Assembly (NCBI GenBank): GCA_034520965.1
Contig: JAXHMY010000003.1
Location: forward strand, 64,001 to 128,000
Origin: Spirochaetia bacterium
Lineage (GTDB): Bacteria; Spirochaetota; Spirochaetia; DSM-16054; Sediminispirochaetaceae
Length of the DNA: 64,000 nt
Reading direction: 5' to 3'
Within the stretch, counting starts at the first letter, position 1; every line of letters starts with the position of its first letter. A program made the position numbers and the translations under genes. Shown here piece by piece: positions 8,593-17,007 of this stretch. Below the pieces are notes generated by a model. That model worked only from the letters and a program-made list of their open reading frames with translations. It did no database searches and had not been told where the DNA came from.

Positions 8593-10014
8593 TTATTGGC
8601 CTAATCGGTTATCGATAATACGAACATAATAATCCATTGGATCTTTTCCTACCCACGCATCTGAAAAATCAGTATTATCAACATATCCATAAAAAGAGTG
8701 GATACCAGCATTATTATATCCGCTATATGAATTATTTAAAATTTCACCTAAAAATTGATCACTACTATATGTCAATAGCTCTGATTTTTCACTATCTTCA
8801 TTATATGCGTCAATTATCCGATTAAACGTAGAATCAGCTCCTTGGAAATCTTTTATCAATTCAGATTTTACACTAACATGTATTAACTCATGAAAAAGAG
8901 TCGCCATTGTGATTTCTGCTATTTCCTCACCTTGATATGATTCTAAAATATCTAATGTGCGAGGGAAAAAAGAAATTCGAGGCGGATTATTTGTTGCAGG
9001 ATAATATTGAGTAACTGCTGCCCAATTTCTAGAAGAATATACTAAATTTATTCTCCAATAATGATCATCACCAGGTGCTAAGATGTCATCGTAGATTACG
9101 GGAAGTCGGTGTTTCAATATTTCAAAAGATGAGACAATCTGTTCAACAAATTCCTCTCCCATAGAATCATCGACTAATTCCCCGTCATAACTGATGAAGA
9201 TATTATCATCATAGCGAAATACACGTTCAAAAGAGCGGACTTCATCGACTGGATTACCAACATAGTATGTGAATGGACTTGTCGAAAATGTATCTTCACC
9301 ATAGAATTCAGAGAACAACTCTTCAGCTTGTTCTTTTGTCAACTCAGTTGCATTCTGCATTGCCAAGTCTCCAATTTCCATATTACGAATATACCCCATA
9401 TGATTTTTGATGATGAGTTCGAGCTGTTGATCAACTGTCAATGAATCATCACCAGTTATCATCTCACGATATTCTGTATCAAGTTCTCTGTATGGTGTTT
9501 CTTCGTAATAGTTACGAAATTCTGGCCTTAACCAATCCAATCGAGTACGATATAAAGTAACACGAGGAATCACACCACGATCTTCATCTTCTACTCGTTC
9601 AAAGTACTCTTGACCATCAGCACTCCACGACCCAAAGATTTGCATAGGAGGATTCACTTCATAGCCACCAATGGTTTTACCATTCAAATCCTCTTGTGTA
9701 AACATCCCGGCATATCCTTTATACCAACTATCTGTAAAATAATACTCAGGATTAACCAGTTCAAACAGACCATCCTCCCCTATACAAGAATCAGGAAGGT
9801 CATCTAGTGCATCTGCAATCCGTTCATCAGAATAAGGGTGACCAGAAAGGAATTGTGACGCTTCTTGTGTCGCCTCTTCACTTGAAACTGTGGTAGATTG
9901 CTCACTTTGCTGCTGTTGCGTGGGATCTGTCATCCCTTGTGCAGACGGAGCAGTTGTACAACTGGTTGAAATAACTAGTGTAATTATGATGGTAATACTG
10001 CCTAATTTTTGCAT
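8593..10014 (-). CDS. Acidic lipoprotein with HExxH motif (putative zinc metallopeptidase) (cassette 6)
   Basis: Signal peptide ending ISTSC, Q/S/T-rich linker, TLFHELIH followed about 50 aa later by E (SELLTY). Confidence 0.6.
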   Translation of the reverse strand: MQKLGSITIIITLVISTSCTTAPSAQGMTDPTQQQQSEQSTTVSSEEATQEASQFLSGHPYSDERIADALDDLPDSCIGEDGLFELVNPEYYFTDSWYKGYAGMFTQEDLNGKTIGGYEVNPPMQIFGSWSADGQEYFERVEDEDRGVIPRVTLYRTRLDWLRPEFRNYYEETPYRELDTEYREMITGDDSLTVDQQLELIIKNHMGYIRNMEIGDLAMQNATELTKEQAEELFSEFYGEDTFSTSPFTYYVGNPVDEVRSFERVFRYDDNIFISYDGELVDDSMGEEFVEQIVSSFEILKHRLPVIYDDILAPGDDHYWRINLVYSSRNWAAVTQYYPATNNPPRISFFPRTLDILESYQGEEIAEITMATLFHELIHVSVKSELIKDFQGADSTFNRIIDAYNEDSEKSELLTYSSDQFLGEILNNSYSGYNNAGIHSFYGYVDNTDFSDAWVGKDPMDYYVRIIDNRLGQ

Positions 10015-10051
10015 TTTTTTTATACCTCATATTTTTTATTCTCATTCGTGC

Positions 10052-10186
10052 ATATAACGTTCACTTGAGTTGCCTGGCGCTGTTACGCCATAATCTACTC
10101 TCTTTAACCATTGTAACTCCAGTTATCCAATTCAACAAACACTTTGCCATATTCATCGCCAGGTCAACTCCAAGTGGTTGTTATGT
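10052..10186 (-). repeat. attC site (cassette 5)
   Basis: Same repeat family. Confidence 0.95.
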
Positions 10187-10194
10187 GCACCACA

Positions 10195-11280
10195 TCATTT
10201 CTTTAATAATTCATACAAATCTCTATTAACATAGATTGTTTCTTTCCAAGATTTATATGATTCTAATATTTCTATTTCTTCTAACTGCTTTAGATATTTA
10301 CTAGCAGTTCTTCTTTCAGCAATATTCTCATTTACTAAAAACTCAATTTTTGTGTACGGCTGTACAAATAATAATTCAATGAGTTCCTTAGAGTAAGTTG
10401 TTTTTGGCAGTTTTTCTTTACATAATTCTATAGTCTTATTCATTAGATTCATTATTGAAGAAATTATCTGCAATGTATCTTTTGAAGTTTCTTCTACTGC
10501 TCTTAGCATAAATAAAATCCATTTTTCCCATTCATTATCAGTTCTTACTTTTTGCAATAAATTGTAATATTGTCCCTTGTTTTTTATTATATAATCACTT
10601 AAATAGAGTATGGGGGTATCAATTAAATTCTTTTGTACCAGATATAAAACATTTATTATTCTTCCTGTTCTGCCATTGCCGTCATAGAATGGATGTATCG
10701 ATTCAAACTGGTAGTGTATAATAGCCATTTTAATAAGAGAATCAATTTCGCTATCTTTATTCATATAGCTTTCTAAGTTAGAAAGTAAATCTAATATTGT
10801 TTTCTCATTATCCGGTGGTGTGTATATCACCTCACCTGTTTGATCATTCATCAAACTTGTTCCAGGCAGTTTCCTTATGCCAGCATTATTTCCTTCTAGG
10901 TCTTTTTGTATATTTAAGATCGTGTTTATACTCAGCCCACCTTTTTTGCTAAGTTCGTTATAACCGGTCCATATTGCTGATCGATAATTTAATACTTCTT
11001 TTGTTGCTGTATCGATTTTTCTTTCACTTTCTGCTAGCGCTTTATATATTTCATCCTGAGTAGTAATTATATTTTCAATTTCAGAGCTTGTTCTTGCTTC
11101 CTTCAATACTATGGAATTAAGTAATATGGTTTCATTTGGTAACAGAGAACAATAACCTTTTAACCTGGCAAGCTCTTTATTTGCCTTTATTGCTTGGTTC
11201 AGAATTTTCTTTGTTTCAATATCAACCTTTGGAGGAAGATGAGGCAGTCCGTTGTTTGGTTCATTTTTATTAATACTCAT
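10195..11280 (-). CDS. Fic-family protein, SoFic-like, second copy (cassette 5)
   Basis: About 9 amino-acid differences from 7251-8336; same motifs. Confidence 0.92.
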   Translation of the reverse strand: MSINKNEPNNGLPHLPPKVDIETKKILNQAIKANKELARLKGYCSLLPNETILLNSIVLKEARTSSEIENIITTQDEIYKALAESERKIDTATKEVLNYRSAIWTGYNELSKKGGLSINTILNIQKDLEGNNAGIRKLPGTSLMNDQTGEVIYTPPDNEKTILDLLSNLESYMNKDSEIDSLIKMAIIHYQFESIHPFYDGNGRTGRIINVLYLVQKNLIDTPILYLSDYIIKNKGQYYNLLQKVRTDNEWEKWILFMLRAVEETSKDTLQIISSIMNLMNKTIELCKEKLPKTTYSKELIELLFVQPYTKIEFLVNENIAERRTASKYLKQLEEIEILESYKSWKETIYVNRDLYELLKK

Positions 11281-11339
11281 TTCATGTACATTATAACACA
11301 TTCTTTGCTCATTACAAGCTTTTCATGTACATATCGTGC

Positions 11340-11474
11340 ACATAACGTTCACTTGAGTTGCCTGGCGCTGTTACGCTTTAGCCTACTCTCTTTAACCATT
11401 GTAACTCCAGTTTTCTAAATCAACAATCTCTTTCTCAATTTCATCGCCAGGACAACTCCAAGTGGTTGTTATAC
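11340..11474 (-). repeat. attC site (cassette 4)
   Basis: Same repeat family. Confidence 0.95.
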
Positions 11475-12055
11475 ACGCTGCATTCATATTTCATCATATC
11501 CTAGATTGTGTTATTGCAACTATAGTTCATATCTTTATTCTTTTTTTCTCACGCATGCACTAATTTTTTTACTCTTTGAATATTCTTATCTTATTTAAGT
11601 ACCTAGTATTTTTTGTTCTATTTACATTTGATAGCTCGTTCATCTTTTTTTTAAGGAATCTTATTCCAGAATCATAACATATCTAAAACTACCAATTATA
11701 CTTTGCCAATTTTATACTTACTCCGAAAACGAAGCTTTTTACTATTACATTTTCACCCGATCTATTACAATTTTAAACATTGTTCCAATTGCATCCATTT
11801 TTTTTATCAGAACTATACTTACGCACCTTATTAGTTATCTTTATCTGATCAATATTACTTCGACATTGTAATTTGTATTTTATATTCTCACATTACATCA
11901 ATTAGATATTTATTATGATATTCATTTAAGCAGTTCTATCATATTTTATCTATTCATTTTTTCTCTTCTATCAATCAATTCGTTTTTTACTTTATAAATG
12001 TTTTTCTATTTCTTTTTTGATACTATTTTATTTACATAGTTCTAAATTGGCAGCG
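11475..12055. other. Gene-less integron cassette body (cassette 4)
   Basis: About 580 bp between two attC with matching ends (gttatacacgctgc / gcagcggtataac); no ORF of 60 aa or more in the six-frame track. Confidence 0.8.
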
Positions 12056-12190
12056 GTATAACGTTCACTTGAGTTGCCTGGCGCTGTTACGCTATAACTC
12101 ATAATCTTTAACCAGTGTACACCCGGTATCTCAAATCAACAAATACTTTTACCTATTTACCGCCAGGACAACTCCAAGTGGTTGTTATGG
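12056..12190 (-). repeat. attC site (cassette 3), most divergent loop
   Basis: Same arms; loop differs at many positions but has the same length. Confidence 0.95.
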
Positions 12191-13087
12191 AGCAATTTTA
12201 TCATAAATTGCTTTGAAAGCTTTTTTATCTTTATTTAATTCATTAGTTAGTTGCTTTGGATCTAAAATATACTTTTTCTTATGCTGAACTACTCGTTTTT
12301 CAGTATTATGGAGCATCTCAATAATATTATCCCTACAGTTTTTTTGTAAACCGTAGTATTCAAACAACTCGATTATTTTTTCATTAATCTCAATCGTCTC
12401 TTTGGTGATCTCTGGATAAAAACATGAGCTAATACTACTGTTTGGTTCAATATTGTATTGATAGTATTTTGAAGATAGAAATTTAATAGAGTGGGTGACT
12501 TTAAAAATGTTCAGATTGAAAAGCAGATCTTCCCCATATGAAAAACTCTCATCGAATCTTATTTTTTTAGTAACAGTATTCAGGTAAATCTTATTCCAGA
12601 TAGGATTGAAAATATATCTATTGAAATTTTGCTTTAATTCTTTTTCTAGCAATTGTTGAGTTGAGCAACTCATGTTTTGGAAATTTACTTCCTCAATATT
12701 ATTATCGGGGCTCATTTTTTTTGTGAAGCCTAAAATGTAAACATCTGTCTCATCGTTGATAGTTCTAACTATCGAATTAAATTCTCCAGCATCAATTTGA
12801 TCATCGGAATCTATAAAAATTATCCATTTTTTTGATGCGCTCTGAAGACCGATATTCCGTGCTGCTGAAACTCCTTGTTTTACAATTTTTTTATATTTTA
12901 TTCGTTGATCTCTTTTAATTTCACTACGAATAATATTTGATTCGGATTCATTTGACCCATCGTCTATTAATAGAAACTCTATATCGGGGATATCGATTCC
13001 ATTTATTGAATTTAAACACCGTAAGACTTTTTCGGATCGATTAAAGAAAGGAATAATGCATGATATGCTCATTTTTCTTCTTTCCAT
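12185..13087 (-). CDS. Family 2 glycosyltransferase (cassette 3)
   Basis: ISCIIPFFN, LLIDDGS, GVSAARNIGL, FIDSDD, GEDLLF; probable start ATG 13087 behind GGAG. The longer ORF-track start runs through an attC. Confidence 0.9.
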   Translation of the reverse strand: MERRKMSISCIIPFFNRSEKVLRCLNSINGIDIPDIEFLLIDDGSNESESNIIRSEIKRDQRIKYKKIVKQGVSAARNIGLQSASKKWIIFIDSDDQIDAGEFNSIVRTINDETDVYILGFTKKMSPDNNIEEVNFQNMSCSTQQLLEKELKQNFNRYIFNPIWNKIYLNTVTKKIRFDESFSYGEDLLFNLNIFKVTHSIKFLSSKYYQYNIEPNSSISSCFYPEITKETIEINEKIIELFEYYGLQKNCRDNIIEMLHNTEKRVVQHKKKYILDPKQLTNELNKDKKAFKAIYDKIAP

Positions 13088-13097
13088 GTTAAAGTCT

Positions 13098-13232
13098 CCA
13101 TAACGTTCACTTGAGTTGCCTGGCGCTGTTACGCAATAGCCCACTCTCTTTAACCATTGTAACCCGAGTTTCGCAATACAACAACTTCTTTGCCAAATAG
13201 TCCGCCAGGTCAACTCCAAGTGGTTGTTATGT
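13098..13232 (-). repeat. attC site (cassette 2)
   Basis: Same repeat family. Confidence 0.95.
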
Positions 13233-13235
13233 TCA

Positions 13236-13938
13236 TTACATTTTACTTTTTATCCATATCCCTGTATATTCTGGTACAACTGCACTTTTACTCTCTAATA
13301 CTTTATCTTTCATTTCTTCTCCAAAGAAAAAACTTATTATTTGGGCAGCTTCTCTATAGTCATTGAATTTATAATCAGTTTTAACAATAGTTTTTACAAA
13401 CGCATATTCTTCTTCAAGCAAGCTATGAGAATTCTATTAAATCAGTATTATTTATTTCCGGATCTTTCACATTTGTACCAAGAGTTTCAATTAAATATTT
13501 TCACACTATTATCAGTGGTTATCTGATTTATGTTATTTAACAGCTTTAACAGTAGTACTCTGAATATCATTATTGTTTTCAACTATAGTGTGTCCAAAAC
13601 TCCATCCTTCAATAAATATATGTGCTTTATTTTTTACCAAAGGCAAATTCTCATTTTCACCAACATTCAAAACTATTTTATCTGAATATTTTTTTAAGTT
13701 TTTTTTACATCTATTTAGCAATATGAGCTTCCCGATCAAACCCATAGAGCTTCTCTATTTTGTCAATATATATTTTGGAGAGACGTCCCGTACCGATACC
13801 TGCCTCATATACGATCTTTTTATCCCATTCTATTTTATTTAATAGCTCTTCAGTCAAGTTGTTTTGATAATCTTCAGCGGTTACCAACTTGTCGTATTCG
13901 GTAGCATACTTTTTATATATTTCACTCATTTTCGGCAA
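13236..13938 (-). pseudogene. Second copy of SAM methyltransferase, broken by several 1-nt insertions (cassette 2; may be consensus error)
   Basis: Matches 5422-6120 except about five single-base insertions. Confidence 0.8.
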
Positions 13939-14072
13939 AACAATTTTCCCTTCCTCATTTTGTTAATCTAAAACTCACAATAACTTTTGAGATTAAAATA
14001 GTATTATAAATAATTTTTATCTTACATGCCCACTAAGTTTAACCAACTTCAGCATCGATAGTAATTTCATGA

Positions 14073-14208
14073 ACATAACGTTCACTTGAGTTGCCTGGCG
14101 CTGTTACTGCAATAGTCCACTCTCTTTAACCATTGTAACTCCAGTTTTCCGAATCAAAAATCTCTTCTCCAATTTCATCGCCAGGACAACTCCAAGTGGT
14201 TGTTATGT
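14073..14208 (-). repeat. attC site (cassette 1)
   Basis: Same family, 136 bp (one extra base). Confidence 0.95.
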
Positions 14209-14212
14209 TTAA

Positions 14213-15026
14213 TCAGTTATCTAATTTTAATAATTTATTAGCATACTCAGATCCATGGTTTTCACACCAATATGTTTTCATGTAATACGCATTATTAAAA
14301 TCGAAGTTTTTATTATCTTTCAATGATAATGATTGCCATATATCTTTTTTCTCACCAGTATAGGTACCGTTTTCACACCCACAAGACTTAAGTGCATAAT
14401 CAGATTTTAATTCTTTATAATATCTATCTGAAACCATTAACTGTCCCTTTTCTGTCAAACTCGCTAATTTTGCAGCCATATTCACTGGCTTACCTGCCCA
14501 TACTTCATTTCTTCTATCTGATCTATTATTCCTTTTGCCTTAAACCTATTTTTTTTACTAATACAGTCTTTTTATCTATTCCTATATGTACACCTAAATC
14601 CAATTTACTTCTTTGCTTATATAAAGGAATAAAAGATTTTTCTACAAATGTTTTTACAGTAACAGCGGATACAAGCGATCTATAAATTTCATTTTTATTA
14701 AATAATGCAAAAACGCCATCACCCTGCACTTCGACATATGAAGCATCATAAAAATGAAAAATTTTTATTATTGTACCTGTAAATAATTCATATGCACTGG
14801 CAGTGCTCGAATCATATTTTTGTTCTGCAGAAAGTCTTGTTGAACCAATCATATCCGTATATACACATATTACATCATTTATCTTGAGCCATTTATTTCC
14901 TTCTTTTGGAATATTATTTGTGTCTGGAATGCTGTCAATTATATCAATATTATTTTTCTGATTAAACAGTTCTATTTGTTCGTTTATTTTATCTAAAATA
15001 CCTTTCGGTAGTTGTTTTTCATCCAT
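14213..15026 (-). CDS. Class III nucleotide cyclase, Pycsar PycC-like, split by frameshift near 14530 (cassette 1)
   Basis: VYTDMIGSTRLS, VQGDGVFALF and VHIGID; the shifted frame continues NRSDRRNEVWAGKPVNMAAKLAS. Confidence 0.85.
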
Positions 15027-15036
15027 ACTAATATCC

Positions 15037-15536
15037 CTATAACAAAATTGTTAAAAAAGTTAATATCAAACCAATTGTAAATATGCTAATTGCAATATTA
15101 AATGCTCTAAATTTTTCTAAAACAATATTTGATAGTGTATAAATCTGCTTTGCTATATCTTTTTCTTCTTTATTTAATTCTTCATTATTAAAATACTCCC
15201 TCTGTATTATTTCAATAAATTCATCCTTAGTTTGTATGCAAGCTATATCTGAAAAAAGAAATAAATTTGGATTTGATACAATTTTTCTGCGTCTTGCATA
15301 GATCTGTTTTGTTTTAGGTATCATACTTAACAGACTAATCAATAGTGATAATATTAATAATATAATACTTATAAAAAATATTAAGCTATCATTGTTGTAT
15401 AATAATCTCTGGCTTTTCAGAAACCCAATTAATGCAATTACAAAACCTATTAGTATTGTGTTTTTACTTTCTGCATATTTAATTAAATTTTGCAAATTCT
15501 CAAAATTTCGCTCATTAATTTACTTATCTTGTCCAT
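15037..15536 (-). CDS. Pycsar transmembrane effector (PycTM/DUF5706-like), 5' frameshift near 15508 (cassette 1)
   Basis: IKYAESKN + two hydrophobic helices, NLFLFSDIA, DIAKQIYTLSNIVLEKF + C-terminal hydrophobic helix; GGAG-N7-ATG at 15536. Confidence 0.8.
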
Positions 15537-15549
15537 TATCATGCTCCAG

Positions 15550-15610
15550 GATTAAACATAACATCTTAAATTCCTGGTGTGCTGTGGCGAAGTGCTGCTA
15601 TTGGCCGGTG
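15550..15610 (-). other. attI recombination site (core GTTATGT at 15562-15556; outer boundary approximate)
   Basis: gattaaacataac (15550-15562) is the exact complement of gttatgtttaatc at the end of the first attC, but is not followed by attC arms. Confidence 0.85.
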
Positions 15611-15674
15611 GGGTGATATGCTGGATAAATTTAGCTTAAGGCGGCTTTGAAGCACACATTCGTTCATCCTTGTA

Positions 15675-15703
15675 ATAGTAAGTGGAAACCAGGCAAAGTG
15701 CAA
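15675..15703 (-). promoter_or_regulatory. Candidate cassette promoter Pc
   Basis: TTGCAC-17 bp-TACTAT on minus, between the intI start and attI, pointing into the array. Confidence 0.65.
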
Positions 15704-15715
15704 GGAGGAATTTAG

Positions 15716-16998
15716 ATGCTTAAAGGTGAAATCCAGTTCAGGGAGTATCTATATAAAGTAGCGCATATCCGACAGTGCGAAGTGCCCTATTATATTCAAT
15801 GGGTAAAGAATTTTAAAAACTATTTTCCTGAAGATGTGTATAACAGAAGCACTATCTTGGAACAGTATAAAGGCATAATAGTCTATCGCCTTTATGGGTG
15901 GCAAGTGCAACAGGCTCTTTCTGCTGTAAAGCATTATTGGTACTTTTTGGACAGCCGCTCTTCAGATATGCTTAAACAAGCAGCACCAGAGCAACCGACT
16001 GCTTCCAACGGCGTTGACAAGGCGGAAATGGCGGTGATGGAGGAGGCGCGCCGCATGTTAAGGCTCACCCACCGCTCTTATAAGACCGAACGTTCTTACA
16101 TGGGCTGGATACGGCGGTTCATAGTTTTTATAAAGAAAAATCGCTTTCAATTTGAAAAAGAACGCATAGACCAGGCCGATCTAAAGAGTTTTCTTACCTA
16201 TCTGGCAGTTGAAAAGCAGGTTGCCTCCTCAACCCAGCAGCAGGCATACAATGCCTTGTTGTTTCTTTTTCGCCATGTACTTGGAAAGACTGTAGAGGGT
16301 CTGAACGAAACCATCCGCGCATTCAAACCCAAACGCCTGCCGGTAGTTCTCAGTGAGACCGAAGTTTCCGGTTTGATTCGCCTGCTGCCTTCTCCGTATG
16401 ATTTAATGGCAATGATAATTTATGGTGGTGGGCTTAGACTTTCAGAGTGTATAAGTGTTCGTGTTCATGATCTCGATTTTGATAATGAACGAATCAGTGT
16501 TCATGGCGGCAAGGGCGATAAAGACAGAATCACTCTTTTTCCAAAGGCCGTTCATTCAGCACTGCAAGGTCATCTTAAGGAGGTACGAAAGCTCTACGAA
16601 GAGGACCGTCGTTTGAAGCAACCCGGGTGCCCCTCCCCCAGGCTCTGCAGCGTAAGTATCAATCAGCCTCTTTCGATTGGGGCTGGTTTTGGGTCTTTCC
16701 CTCGCCGCGTCTCAGTATCGATCCACGCAGCGGCGACACTTACCGCATGCACTTGTACCCATCTACCCTCCAAAAGCACTTTAAACAGGGCGTTCGTAAG
16801 TTAAAACTGACAAAGAATGCTACGGTTCATTCCTTGCGGCACAGTTTTGCAACCCACTTAATCGAAGCAGGGTACGATATACGAACAGTGCAGGAGCTAC
16901 TCGGTCACTCAAATATTAACACAACCATGATCTACACCCACGTGGCGGTGAAAAACAAGTTGGGGGTTATCAGTCCCTTAAGCAAACTCGAGTTGTAA
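15716..16998 (+). CDS. intI: Integron integrase (about 427 aa if the 1-nt frameshift near 16627 is corrected)
   Basis: [53 protein letters not shown], integron-specific insert ALQRKY...WGWFWVFPS...[26 protein letters not shown]. Confidence 0.96.
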
Positions 16999-17007
16999 GT
17001 GCTGTTA

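Larger units (their letters stand above)
1744..16998. mobile_element. Integron: intI + attI + array of 12 gene cassettes (cassettes on minus strand, divergent from intI)
   Basis: Integron-type tyrosine recombinase next to 11 regularly spaced attC sites; each complete cassette's two ends are mutually complementary beyond the 7-bp core. Confidence 0.97.

Noticed and set aside
2780..11418. Short plus-strand ORFs containing HNVHLSCLA or PPGQLQVVV
   Set aside because: They are translations of the attC repeat or antisense to cassette genes
13088..13219. N-terminal extension of the GT2 ORF (MELTWRT...)
   Set aside because: It simply reads through an attC; a GGAG-ATG start exists at 13087
2688..14208. 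Regular repeats as a CRISPR array or REP/MITE family
   Set aside because: Repeats are 135 bp, separated by gene-sized units, have attC core sites and lie beside an integron integrase; no cas genes
16620..16640. Programmed frameshift or phase variation controlling intI
   Set aside because: One missing G restores the conserved GVPLPQAL; similar indels hit flgK, flgL and flaG, so sequencing error is the simpler explanation
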